Assembly: GCA_945865695.1 (NCBI GenBank)
Contig: CAMBFX010000002.1
Coordinates: forward strand, 1-52,512
Source of the DNA: Chryseobacterium gleum
GTDB taxonomy: Bacteria; Bacteroidota; Bacteroidia; Flavobacteriales_D; UBA2798
Reading direction: 5' to 3'
Length of the DNA: 52,512 bases
Position 1 is the first letter of the stretch. Every line of letters begins with the position of its first letter. Below the pieces are notes generated by a model, which saw only the letters and a program-made list of their open reading frames with translations, did no database searches and was not told the origin of the DNA. Made by a program: the position numbers and the translations under genes. This document shows positions 10,536-20,461 of the stretch, one piece after another.

Positions 10536-10942
10536 ATGGCAATTTCGGATTTCTAATGTTGAATTTCGAATTTTTTGAATGCACCATTTAGCGGAACTTT
10601 TATTGCTGCAAATTTTAGTTTCGCAACTCTTTGGTGAATAATGGCCGCTTCTAGTTTATTTGTTGGATTTGGATTTTATTTAGTGATGAAAGGTTTAAAT
10701 AAACGATGATTCAATTTGTAGTAGTTTAAAAATCAGTTATTAGTATTTTTTTTAGTTTTATTCATTTGAACATATTTTATTTTTAATAGTGATTTAAATC
10801 ATTGGTATTTTAAAATATTTTTCAACATAATTTCCTGTCTAATTTCCTAAAAACTATATAGGTAACAATATATCTATGTAGTCATACTATTAATTAATCA
10901 TTAAATAAATCGTTTTATTCTCCAAATTTTATTAATAAAAAT

Positions 10943-10950
10943 TAAATTTG
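10943..10950 (+). promoter_or_regulatory. Candidate Bacteroidota sigma-A -7 box (TAAATTTG) for the large operon
   Basis: Matches the TAnnTTTG consensus. It lies 27 nt upstream of the TTG start at 10977, at the end of a 441-nt AT-rich intergenic region. The candidate boxes at the fic gene and at 40648 show the same geometry. Confidence 0.35.
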
Positions 10951-10976
10951 AATACTTAAACTCTAACACTACCCAT

Positions 10977-12764
10977 TTGCGCAACAAGTTTACCTTAATT
11001 TTTATTTTATGTTTTTTTTCTAGTTTTTCAGCCTTTGCACAGGAGGATGAAGAAACGATTAAAGATACGCTTCAATTAAAGCCGCTTTTTAATCCCGATA
11101 CTCTTTCGGGTGATAAAAAGGAGAAAGAAGTTGAAAAAGGAAAAGACACTTCTGGAAAGCTTAGCAAAGTAAAAGAACATGTTACTATTGGTGGTGGAAT
11201 AGGAATTTCTACAGCATTCTATTCTTCATTTGGCGCACCAGCACAACGAGATCCATTCTATTGGCAAGTTTCTGGTTCATTAGATCTAACTATTGGACAA
11301 GTTTCACTTCCTTTTTCAGGCACACTCAATCAACAAGACCGAAGTTTTACACAGCCATTTAACCAATATGGAGTTAGTCCAAAATATAAATGGATAACCG
11401 CACATTTAGGTTATCGTTCATTGCGTTTTTCAGAGTATTCATTAAGCGGAAATCAATTTTTGGGAGTTGGATTAGAATTAGCTCCAGATAAATCATTTGT
11501 AAAAGGAAAATTAGTTTATGGCCGTTTTTCAAAAGCAGTAGATGGATACTATACCGATGGTCAAGTTACTGGTGTGCCAAGTTTTGAAAGATGGGGTATG
11601 GGTTTTCAGGTGGAATTAGGAAAACCAAAACGACATGTAGGCGTTCATGCCTTCAAAGCTAAAGATGATAGAAATTCAATTACTTCTTTTGCGAACGATG
11701 TAACTATCAAACCAGCAGAAAATTTAATTTTTGGTTTATCAACAGCAATGGAAGTTTCTAAGAAATTAAGTTTTAATGGTGAGATAAATTTTAGTGCTTA
11801 TACGCGAGATATTCGAGCGGATGAAACAGTTTTAGAAGGTTACACTTATATCAATAATTTAGGTTCACTTTTCTACGCTAATTCTACTTCCACTTTCAAT
11901 AAAGCTTTAAAAGCAGACTTAAGTTATACCGAAAAAAAATATAAAGTAGGTTTAGCCTATCGTAGAGTAGACCCTGATTATTTAAGTATGGGTTCTGTTT
12001 ACTTAAATAATGATTTTGAAGATATTCAAGCGCAAACTTCATTTAAAGCGATTAAAAATAAAATGAGTGTTAGTTTATCGGGTGGTTTGCAACGAAACAA
12101 CCTTAATAATGATAAATCAACAGAAATGTTGAGATTGATCTCTTCTATTTCTACCACCTATATTATCAATCAACATTGGACGGCAATGGTGAATTTCTCT
12201 AATTTCAATACCGAAAGTCAAATGCAAGTCGTAAATTCTCTAGATACGATGCGATTTGCTCAAGTTACCAAAAATGCTTCATCCCAAATAATGTATAATA
12301 AAGTTTTTACGAAAGTGAGAATAGCTTCTGGAATTTCGGGTAATTATCAAAATGCAAAAATTTTCCAAAATGATACATTGAATGTTACTTCCAGTTCTAA
12401 ATTGTTAAATGCTAATTATTCTTTTCAGTTAGGATTATTGAAATCAGGAATAAATATTACTGCAAATATTGGTGGAGCAATGAATGTTACTGCTGACAAT
12501 GAAATTGCTACGTTAGGTCCAACAATTGCCATCAATAAAAGATTTGTTCATGGAAAATTAAGTTCTTCCGTTGCGGCTTCTACATTAAAATCCTTTATAA
12601 ATGGAGAGTCATTGGGTTATATTTTAAATTTAAAATGCAATAATAATTTCAGAATAAATCGTCATCATGCATTGACGAATACTGTTTCTTATATTGAAAA
12701 AGCTTCTAATAACACATCAGCGAAACAATTTATCGCTACAATTGGATATAACTATGTTTTTTAA
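10977..12764 (+). CDS. Outer-membrane beta-barrel-like protein (first gene of the operon)
   Basis: TTG start followed directly by signal peptide MRNKFTLIFILCFFSSFSAFA/Q. A K/E-rich linker is followed by ~500 aa of alternating-polarity short strands. The C-terminal residue is aromatic (...IGYNYVF), a typical OMP beta-signal. Confidence 0.7.
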   Translation: MRNKFTLIFILCFFSSFSAFAQEDEETIKDTLQLKPLFNPDTLSGDKKEKEVEKGKDTSGKLSKVKEHVTIGGGIGISTAFYSSFGAPAQRDPFYWQVSGSLDLTIGQVSLPFSGTLNQQDRSFTQPFNQYGVSPKYKWITAHLGYRSLRFSEYSLSGNQFLGVGLELAPDKSFVKGKLVYGRFSKAVDGYYTDGQVTGVPSFERWGMGFQVELGKPKRHVGVHAFKAKDDRNSITSFANDVTIKPAENLIFGLSTAMEVSKKLSFNGEINFSAYTRDIRADETVLEGYTYINNLGSLFYANSTSTFNKALKADLSYTEKKYKVGLAYRRVDPDYLSMGSVYLNNDFEDIQAQTSFKAIKNKMSVSLSGGLQRNNLNNDKSTEMLRLISSISTTYIINQHWTAMVNFSNFNTESQMQVVNSLDTMRFAQVTKNASSQIMYNKVFTKVRIASGISGNYQNAKIFQNDTLNVTSSSKLLNANYSFQLGLLKSGINITANIGGAMNVTADNEIATLGPTIAINKRFVHGKLSSSVAASTLKSFINGESLGYILNLKCNNNFRINRHHALTNTVSYIEKASNNTSAKQFIATIGYNYVF

Positions 12765-15700
12765 AAAAATGATACAAGCTTTTCTAAGGAGCATTGCAAT
12801 TCCAGCAATGGTGTTGATGCCATTAATTGGCCATTCTCAATTTATGCCGGTTGGTGTAAATGTGATTATGAACCCTCCTAATTCACCATTTATTTCTGAT
12901 TATTATAGTCTTGAATCAAATGCGTTTCAATCTTTCATCACCTTAAATGACTTAAATGAACCAACTTGGGATGTTCGTTTAGTAGTTACTATAGAAGGAC
13001 AAGGTTTGGTCATTGAAACCAAAAGATCATTTATACCATTACAGCCTATTTCGTTAATTGCAGGAGTTCCTGTCATCATTCAAGGTGCTGATTTGACAGA
13101 ATATATGAACGTTAATAATGTTAATCTTCAAGGAATAACTGCTGCTACTTTAAATCAAAACGGAAAGCTACCTGAAGGGCTGTATAATTTTTGCATTGAA
13201 GTTTTAGATTATAGAAGCGGTGTTCCTTTAAGTATAAAATCATGTGGAACTGCGTTTATTTTTTACGAAAATCCTCCTGTACTCTTAGTGCCTGAAAGCG
13301 AAACTGCTTTACAGCCTTCTGATCCGCAAAATATTTTCTTTCATTGGCAAATGGCTGGTGGAGCATCACCAACTATTGCTGCAACATCTCAGTATAAATT
13401 GTTCGTATATGAGTTGCAAGATGAAAATGAAAATCCATATTATGCTGTTCAAAATAGTAAAGCTTTATTAATTTACGAATCAGATTTTCAGCAAACCACC
13501 TCTCAAACAATTGATTTTGGTATGTCAAACTCGGCACCACTAACGCCTGGTAAAAGATATATTTATAGGGTAAGGGCTGTTGATGCGGATTTAAAAAATA
13601 TTTATAAAAACGATGGTTATAGCGAGTATGGTTGGTTTTTCTACGGTTATCCATCGGATGGAGTTTTAAATATTAGCGCTCCTTTGGATAAACATATTTA
13701 TACAAAAATAGAAAACAAGATATTCAATTGGACAACCAGCAATAAAGGAATCCCTGGTCAAGAATATGAGTATATGATTTTCTTTAAAGAGAAAAATATC
13801 GGCCAGACCAATGAGCAGGCAATGGAAAATAATCCAGAATGGTTATTAGTCAATCAACCTGCAACAACTTCAATGAACGGTGGCGATTTTCTATTAACAC
13901 AAGAGCTAGATCCAGGTCAAAATTATGTATGGCAAGTAAAAGCCATGACTGGAATTCAACAAGTGGCAGAAAGTCCAATTTATGAATTCTTTGCGCCTTC
14001 GGTGATGGATCAGTTTATGGCAGGAAATTTCCCGGTGAAAATTGTTACGATGAATGATTTTACCAAAGTGGGAAATAATTACACGAATGTTTCAGGTAAA
14101 GGAAGAATTCAATTATCGGAAGATCCATCTGATGTAATAGACGCTGATTTTACGAATATTCGTATTGATGATTTAGCAGGGACAATGATCATGACCCAAG
14201 GTACTTTTAATTTTGATCTTTCATCTCGAGAGCCCAATGAACTTGAACCTTTAGTTGCAGAAAATGGTGCTGCGAAATTTTATTATGAAAATGGAGTGGT
14301 GAACAGTCAAGGCGTAAAAATTAATGGGCATATTGAATGGCCTTTTCCTCACGCGACTACTTCAGGTGAATTAGAAAAATTAACCACTCAAGATGCATTA
14401 TTTACATTGAATTCTTCATTTAAATTGAATGGAGCAGCAACTTTAGGAGAAGCAAAAGATTTTAATTTATTGGAGCCTCATGAAATGGTAATCAAGTTGG
14501 ATGCAAATACTGAAATTAGTGTTTCATCTGATAAGTATAACCTTAAAATGAATGGAAACATTTTGGTTAGTGATGAAGTTCTTACAAGTAGTGGAACACC
14601 TTATTCTATTAAAATAATGCAGCAACCACAATTGTATTATTTCAATGCAAATAATTTATTGGTTTATAGTTCTAATTTCTTGAAGCCAATTCAAAATATG
14701 AATATTGGCTTTATGCCCAAATCAGCTGTAATCGATTTAAGTGAATCTACTTCTCCAGGTAAAAAAGAAAATGAGCCTTCTTGGAAAGGAATTTATTTCG
14801 AAGAATTCCAAGTGAGATTATTTCAATCAGAATTTGATGGAACTAATCAAGTTTTAATTCCGGGAAATATAGATTACCACGAAGATCAAACCATTCATGA
14901 TTTCTGGATTGCTAATCAAGGTTTGCATCTAAAATATGATTTCACTACCACCGAAACGGATGTATTCTTTAATAGATTTAGAACTACGATAGACGGTAAA
15001 ATTCGAATAGAAGACAATGAGGTTTCTAATTCTAATTTTAGAGGAAATATTAAAATCCCGGTTATTAGCGATCAAGATTTATTTGGATTTGAAATCCCAT
15101 TAAATACCCAAGGTTTACAATTAGGCTATTTATATGAAGATTTAAGTTTGCGTTCTATTGCGTTCAATCCTTTCGGAGGTGAAAATAGAATAGATGTAAC
15201 TATTAATCGTGCTGTCTTTGCAGATAATGAAAGATTGGATTTAGAAATAAATGCAGAAGTAGCCGCATTTGGATGTACCATAACTGGAATTAACGATTTT
15301 AGAATTTATGGTGATAATGTAATTGGTGTGGGAGGAAGAAACGGTTCTAAAAAATTAGATAATCGTGTTTCTGGTGAATACAACAATTACACCGTTTATA
15401 TCACAGATGTAGGTGCATCATTATTTAATGGAAATTTTGTTTTCTCCTATAAAGCCGAAATGGATATGGGTGAAGATGTGGTGGGTGCAGATGGACCACC
15501 AGTATTATCGGTATCTTCTATTTCACCAGCTGGCGATGATGTTGAATTACCTGTTTATTCAGTTTCTACTCCTCAACCTGAACCTGCTATTGCCGTTCCT
15601 ACAGATCCTGAAGCAGCCACAAGTCAAACACTTGTAGCTGTTGATTTATTTATAGCCATTAATAATTCAATTGTTGAATTAGAAGGTTATCTTAAAATTC

Positions 15701-18700
15701 GTGCCAACGATCCTGTTTGGGGAAATTCATTTTCAGGAGGAATAAATGGGAAAATCAAAGTTCCAACAGAAATCCAATGTGGAGCTAACATGATTATGGG
15801 TAACCGTGAAGGATTAAAGTTCTGGTATTTTGATGCATGGTTTAATGATACTCAAGGAATGGGATTGAAAGTGGGACCACTTTTCAATATTACTGCCATG
15901 GAAGGAAGAATTTACCATCACATGTCAATTCAAGATGGTCAATTTATGCCTGATGCAAATTTAGCTTTTGGTGGTGCTTTGTATCTGCAAATAATAGATC
16001 CTAGTGGCGGAAGAATGGTTGCTGCTGATATTGGAGCAGAATTGAAAGTTTATGAAGATGGTGAATTCACTATAGGAATGAAGGGTGATGTTGCAGTTTT
16101 AAATAAAACACAACGAACTGCTGGTCCTGCTGGATCTCTTTCAGCAGTTGGTGAAGCGGCGTTGGCAGAGGTAGTTGAATCAATTGGACCTCTTTCTCTA
16201 TCTGTTGAAGTTGGAGGCGGAACATTAACTGTAACTGCTGAAAGTTTGAAAAAAGGATCTCTAGATTATGCTAAAGGAGATATGAAAGTTGGATTTGATA
16301 TTGATGTTACAGCAAAGCCAGGGGTTGGTTTTAGCTTTGAAAAAGGGGGTAATGGATTTTCTATGAATGCTGATGCAAGCGGAGAATTTGGTCTTGGAGT
16401 AGCAGTTGATGGCGTAGAAGTTGGTATTGGTATTTCAGGCACGAGCGGTGGTTATTTAGATTTTGCATACGAAAGTTTTAAAGTGACTGCAGGTGTTAAT
16501 AGAACCACAAAAACAGGAAGTTTTGATTTTGATTATGATGGAAAAGGATTTGGAATTAACGTTGGAAAAACATCGGGGGATTTAAATTTACGACTTTCAC
16601 CAACGCGTAAATTCGAAGCTGGATTTAACTCAGCCGGTTCTGCTTATATCGGTCTACAATATGACGATAATATGTTTAGACTCGCTGGTGATAAAGTAAC
16701 CAAATCAGGTAGTCTAGAAGCCGCATTCGGTGAAATTGAGCTGTCATTGGCGGCCAATGCCCAAGAAGGTTCTGCTAGCGCAATTTTGAAAATGCCGAAT
16801 TTCTTATTGGATATTGGTGGTAAAAAAGGAAAAGGAGGAAACTTCAATCTAGCAACTTCAGATTTCTCACTTGATATCGAAGCCGATATTGAAGAAAAAT
16901 CGGGAGCGCTTGGTTTTTCTTTTGATGGAGGAAATAAAGCTTTTAGAGCCGAATTAGATGGCGGATCAACCGGGAAAATCAGTTTCAAGCATAATGAAAT
17001 TGAATTTGGAATCGGAGGAAATGCTGATGGTTCAGCTGGAAGTGTGATGTATAAAGATGGTTCGAATGAGTTTGAAGTAGCAGTTGACAAGAACGCAGGT
17101 ACAGGAGCTTTAACCTTATTAATCGATGGAAATGGAATTGAATCAGCGGTGGAGGCAGACACTGCTTATGTTTCTTTTAAATACGATAACTATTTATTTG
17201 GAGTAGGTGCAACACCAGCAGGAGCAGGAGCTATTTCTTTTTCTGATGGATCAACCTCTTTTGCTTTAGCAGGTAACCCAGATGAGAAATCGGGTTCATT
17301 CAATTTAGAATTTAACGGAAATAAAGTTGCATTAGCTACTAATCTAACTACTAAAAAACATTCATTCTTAGTTGAAGCAGGTGATGTATCTTTCAATGCA
17401 AAAAGTGAAGACAATAATTTTGAAGTAGGACTTGGTTACCAAAACCATGAGGTTAAATTATCAAAAGGTGGTTCTGCTGGAAGCACAGATGGTTCATCAG
17501 GAAGCGTTTCTTATACGGATGGAACTAACACTTTTGCTTTAGCTGCCGATCCAGACGCACGAACAGGAAGCCTTACCATTGATTTAAATGGAAATGGTGT
17601 AAAAACCGCAATCGATCCCGATTCTTCATTTGTTGAGTTCAAATATGAAGGATATGAATTTATCAGTGGTCTTTCTTCAAGTGGAAATGGGGTGGTAAAA
17701 TATTCACAACCGAATAATTCATTTGAGTTATCTGGAAATCCAACACAACAAAGAGGTGCGGTGGAGTTGAATATTGGTTCAAATAAATTAGCGGTTTCAA
17801 CGGATATCCCTGCTAAAACACACTCCATAGAAATTGCAACTTCTGAAGCGAAGTTTGTAGCAAGTACATCTCCTTCTACTAAAAATCTTTCTTTAGAATA
17901 TGGTAATTACGCTGTCTTCGCTAAAAAGAGCTCAGATGATTATGGAGTAGGTTTAACGATAAACGGCCGTTCTATAGAAGGAGGAATTGATAATAATATA
18001 AAATTCATCAATTATAAAGGCGATGGAGTTGAAATAGGAATCGCTTCCAATAAAATATCTTTAAAGAAAGGAACAAACTCTTTAGAAGTAACTGAAGAGG
18101 ATATTTTTATTGATGGTACATCTGTTCAAGATTTATTGGCAAATGCAACGGCAACTTATACTAAAACTATAGGAGGCTTAACTGCTACCATCGTATTAAA
18201 TGCAGGTGAATATTCAGTTGCCTTTTCATCAGGTGGTAATGGTGTAAAAGTAACAACCTCTGATTTTGCTAATGGTGAAGTTGAAGTTACTATTAATGGA
18301 ACGCCAGTTACTATTAGTAAGGATAACGAAAAGTATTCTCTTGCTGTTAATGATTATGAAGCCATATATGAGCCAGGAAACTTAACCCTTAAAAAAGGAG
18401 CTGATAGAAGTATAAATGTAACGGGTGATGCATTAGCAGTTGCTTTTGACGGATATAATGTTTCTGTTTCTGCGTCTGAATTGAAATACGATGATGGACA
18501 AAATTCAGGTTCATTATCAGCTGAAGGATTAGAATTAAAACGTGACGAATATGAATTATTCGTGAGCGAAGCAGAGTTTGGTTTAAAAATGGGTGCAACA
18601 AAAAGTTTGGAGTTAACTAAAACATCTATTGCTGTAAATTATGATGATTTCAAAGCTTCTTATACCCAAGGTGAATCAATTGAAGTAGGTTATGATGATT

Positions 18701-20454
18701 ATATGATGGCTTTTACGGATGGTAAATTGAGCTTAAGTGTAGGCACAGGTAGAAATATTGAAGTAGGTAAAGATTTATTAGACATAGATTTTGACGGTTA
18801 TAATTTCAATGTAACCCCAACGGCTTTTACATTCCTTAATGGCGATAATAAGGTTTCTATTTCTGAAAATGGATTGGCTCTTGCCAAAGGAGAAAATAAA
18901 TTTTTTGTTGGACCGGAAGAGTTCGGCATAGAACTAGGAGCATCAAAGCATGTCTTCTTGACTAAAAAATCTCTTGATGTAAAATATGATAATTACCTAG
19001 CTTCCTTTAGTGCATCAAATGCTTTATCATTTAGTGATGGAACCAGAAGTTTTGCATTGTCAAATGAAGGACTCGAAATGTCGGATGGAAATAAAAGTAT
19101 TGCAATTCTTGACGATAATGGATTTCCTGCAATTGCTCTACAATCGGGTAATGATAAATTTGAATTAAACCAAAAAGGTTTTGCTGTTGAATATGGTGGA
19201 AAACGTTATGCAGTAAATGAAACCGAATATTTAACGCTGGATATCGATGCTACTCGTAAGGTTGAAATAATGAACAACGGTGTAAAATATGTTGATGGAG
19301 ATTATCAATTTATCTTAGGTGGTTCTGAAAATTATGTGGAATTAACAGATGGCACAAAAAGTATCGCGCTTTCACAAGATGATAAATTAATTCTGAAAGA
19401 CGGTGAGTACTATGCTTCTTTAAGTAAACAACTAGCCGTAGAATTTAGAGATGGAACACGGACGGTAAAATTGTTCGATAACAAGCATTACCTAAGTTAT
19501 GAGCAGGGTTCTTATAAATTCGGTATTCGGGGTGCAAACGGAGCAAAACCTGGATTGGATTTCTCCTATGATGATTATTCATTTTCTGTAGAAGGTGATA
19601 GAAATAAGAATGTAACTGTTGGTGTAACAGCACCGCAATTTGGAACAATTAGTGCCACAGTTAATAGTCAAAAGGATATTACTGCAACTTATAGAGCCGA
19701 TGCATCTTCAGTTTATGGCTTTCTTGTGGATAATGGAAAACTTCAATTGGTCAATGGAACGTTGAATCCTCCAGTTCCTGAGCAATTAGATGGTGCACCA
19801 AGCATTCCTGCTCAAGATGGCCCTCAACATTTAACCAATAGCATTTCAGCCGATGCTGGTGGAAGTATAATAGGAACTTGTAATATTTTCTTTGATAGTC
19901 GTGCTTCAAGATTTATGTTGAGTGCTGCTGTTGCAGGTAACAGTCCAGTTTGTATAAAAGGGGCAATGGCTTTAGATATTTCTCCTGGACAATTTCATTT
20001 AGATTTAGGAACGGAGCAACAACGTATTGAAGTTTATCCACTTTGTAGCGGATTCGGTGGAGGTGGATGGTTAGGTATTCACAATACAAATGTAGATTTA
20101 GGAGTATTTGTTGGATGGAAAGCTAGTGCTTCAGTTTCAATTGGATCAGATGTGATTGGCGCCAAATTAACAGCTGCAGCTTCAGCCGAATTAGGAGTTA
20201 AGTGTAATTTGGATTTAGATCCTTTTAAGATTAACAGAGCAGGTGTTTGGGTGGAAATTTATGCTGGAATTTATGCTAAATATTGGGCAGTAGGTGTAAG
20301 TGGATCTTTAACTATTGCAGAAATTTATTTGAAAGGAACTTTGGATGTGGAGTTTAATGATAAGACTAAAGTGTCAGGAAGCTTGGATGGAAGAATAAAT
20401 CTTTTGGATATTATCACAGCAAGTTTCGGAATGTCTTTTAGTGCAGAAATTTAA
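12754..20454 (+). CDS. Giant secreted or surface protein (~2,566 aa), family unknown
   Basis: I prefer the ATG at 12754 (MFFKKMIQAFLRSIAIPAMVLMPLIGHS/Q signal peptide) over the track start at 12694. It overlaps the upstream stop by 11 nt. The N-terminus has Ig/FN3-like modules, the centre is Gly-rich and repetitive with a beta-rich character, and there is no recognisable T9SS CTD. Confidence 0.85.
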   Translation: MFFKKMIQAFLRSIAIPAMVLMPLIGHSQFMPVGVNVIMNPPNSPFISDYYSLESNAFQSFITLNDLNEPTWDVRLVVTIEGQGLVIETKRSFIPLQPISLIAGVPVIIQGADLTEYMNVNNVNLQGITAATLNQNGKLPEGLYNFCIEVLDYRSGVPLSIKSCGTAFIFYENPPVLLVPESETALQPSDPQNIFFHWQMAGGASPTIAATSQYKLFVYELQDENENPYYAVQNSKALLIYESDFQQTTSQTIDFGMSNSAPLTPGKRYIYRVRAVDADLKNIYKNDGYSEYGWFFYGYPSDGVLNISAPLDKHIYTKIENKIFNWTTSNKGIPGQEYEYMIFFKEKNIGQTNEQAMENNPEWLLVNQPATTSMNGGDFLLTQELDPGQNYVWQVKAMTGIQQVAESPIYEFFAPSVMDQFMAGNFPVKIVTMNDFTKVGNNYTNVSGKGRIQLSEDPSDVIDADFTNIRIDDLAGTMIMTQGTFNFDLSSREPNELEPLVAENGAAKFYYENGVVNSQGVKINGHIEWPFPHATTSGELEKLTTQDALFTLNSSFKLNGAATLGEAKDFNLLEPHEMVIKLDANTEISVSSDKYNLKMNGNILVSDEVLTSSGTPYSIKIMQQPQLYYFNANNLLVYSSNFLKPIQNMNIGFMPKSAVIDLSESTSPGKKENEPSWKGIYFEEFQVRLFQSEFDGTNQVLIPGNIDYHEDQTIHDFWIANQGLHLKYDFTTTETDVFFNRFRTTIDGKIRIEDNEVSNSNFRGNIKIPVISDQDLFGFEIPLNTQGLQLGYLYEDLSLRSIAFNPFGGENRIDVTINRAVFADNERLDLEINAEVAAFGCTITGINDFRIYGDNVIGVGGRNGSKKLDNRVSGEYNNYTVYITDVGASLFNGNFVFSYKAEMDMGEDVVGADGPPVLSVSSISPAGDDVELPVYSVSTPQPEPAIAVPTDPEAATSQTLVAVDLFIAINNSIVELEGYLKIRANDPVWGNSFSGGINGKIKVPTEIQCGANMIMGNREGLKFWYFDAWFNDTQGMGLKVGPLFNITAMEGRIYHHMSIQDGQFMPDANLAFGGALYLQIIDPSGGRMVAADIGAELKVYEDGEFTIGMKGDVAVLNKTQRTAGPAGSLSAVGEAALAEVVESIGPLSLSVEVGGGTLTVTAESLKKGSLDYAKGDMKVGFDIDVTAKPGVGFSFEKGGNGFSMNADASGEFGLGVAVDGVEVGIGISGTSGGYLDFAYESFKVTAGVNRTTKTGSFDFDYDGKGFGINVGKTSGDLNLRLSPTRKFEAGFNSAGSAYIGLQYDDNMFRLAGDKVTKSGSLEAAFGEIELSLAANAQEGSASAILKMPNFLLDIGGKKGKGGNFNLATSDFSLDIEADIEEKSGALGFSFDGGNKAFRAELDGGSTGKISFKHNEIEFGIGGNADGSAGSVMYKDGSNEFEVAVDKNAGTGALTLLIDGNGIESAVEADTAYVSFKYDNYLFGVGATPAGAGAISFSDGSTSFALAGNPDEKSGSFNLEFNGNKVALATNLTTKKHSFLVEAGDVSFNAKSEDNNFEVGLGYQNHEVKLSKGGSAGSTDGSSGSVSYTDGTNTFALAADPDARTGSLTIDLNGNGVKTAIDPDSSFVEFKYEGYEFISGLSSSGNGVVKYSQPNNSFELSGNPTQQRGAVELNIGSNKLAVSTDIPAKTHSIEIATSEAKFVASTSPSTKNLSLEYGNYAVFAKKSSDDYGVGLTINGRSIEGGIDNNIKFINYKGDGVEIGIASNKISLKKGTNSLEVTEEDIFIDGTSVQDLLANATATYTKTIGGLTATIVLNAGEYSVAFSSGGNGVKVTTSDFANGEVEVTINGTPVTISKDNEKYSLAVNDYEAIYEPGNLTLKKGADRSINVTGDALAVAFDGYNVSVSASELKYDDGQNSGSLSAEGLELKRDEYELFVSEAEFGLKMGATKSLELTKTSIAVNYDDFKASYTQGESIEVGYDDYMMAFTDGKLSLSVGTGRNIEVGKDLLDIDFDGYNFNVTPTAFTFLNGDNKVSISENGLALAKGENKFFVGPEEFGIELGASKHVFLTKKSLDVKYDNYLASFSASNALSFSDGTRSFALSNEGLEMSDGNKSIAILDDNGFPAIALQSGNDKFELNQKGFAVEYGGKRYAVNETEYLTLDIDATRKVEIMNNGVKYVDGDYQFILGGSENYVELTDGTKSIALSQDDKLILKDGEYYASLSKQLAVEFRDGTRTVKLFDNKHYLSYEQGSYKFGIRGANGAKPGLDFSYDDYSFSVEGDRNKNVTVGVTAPQFGTISATVNSQKDITATYRADASSVYGFLVDNGKLQLVNGTLNPPVPEQLDGAPSIPAQDGPQHLTNSISADAGGSIIGTCNIFFDSRASRFMLSAAVAGNSPVCIKGAMALDISPGQFHLDLGTEQQRIEVYPLCSGFGGGGWLGIHNTNVDLGVFVGWKASASVSIGSDVIGAKLTAAASAELGVKCNLDLDPFKINRAGVWVEIYAGIYAKYWAVGVSGSLTIAEIYLKGTLDVEFNDKTKVSGSLDGRINLLDIITASFGMSFSAEI
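17029..17950 (+). repeat. Two tandem 462-nt (154-aa) intragenic repeats, each an internal ~70-aa half-duplication
   Basis: GSAGSVMYKDGSNEFEVAVDKNAGTGALTLLIDGNGIESAV... aligns with GSSGSVSYTDGTNTFALAADPDARTGSLTIDLNGNGVKTAI... The two units start at 17029 and 17491. Confidence 0.8.
18382..19070 (+). repeat. Two tandem 345-nt (115-aa) intragenic repeats of a second family
   Basis: LTLKKGADRSINVTGDALAVAFDGYNVSVSASELKYDDGQN...FGLKMGATKSLELTKTSIAVNYDDFKASY aligns with LSLSVGTGRNIEVGKDLLDIDFDGYNFNVTPTAFTFLNGDN...FGIELGASKHVFLTKKSLDVKYDNYLASF. Confidence 0.75.
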
Positions 20455-20461
20455 AAATAAA

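Noticed and set aside
10641-10709. 22-aa hydrophobic mini-ORF (MAASSLFVGFGFYLVMKGLNKR) in the 441-nt leader of the large operon. The same leader contains a 12-bp palindrome TGATTTAAATCA at 10790-10801.
   Set aside because: The ORF is too short, and the palindrome too AT-rich, to separate from chance without conservation or ribosome-profiling data. I flag them only as things to look at if the leader proves regulatory.
12694-12753. ORF-track N-terminal extensions: 12694 for the giant gene, 9183, 20441 (GTG), 23562 (TTG), 24758 (TTG), 35532 (TTG) and 37285 (TTG).
   Set aside because: In each case a downstream ATG yields a canonical signal peptide or family N-terminus and removes a large overlap with the upstream gene, so the longest-ORF starts are probably artefacts. 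Start-site proteomics or ribosome profiling would settle this.
16644-17828. Long minus-strand ORFs (16644-17162, 17190-17414, 17511-17828) inside the giant gene. Similar antisense ORFs occur at 13373-13654, 18389-18601 and 19445-19648.
   Set aside because: They lie entirely antisense to a continuous 7.7-kb ORF that has a signal peptide and coherent repeats. Their translations are low-complexity (P/S/A/F-rich) mirror images of the Gly/Ala/Glu-rich sense repeats, so they are shadow ORFs.
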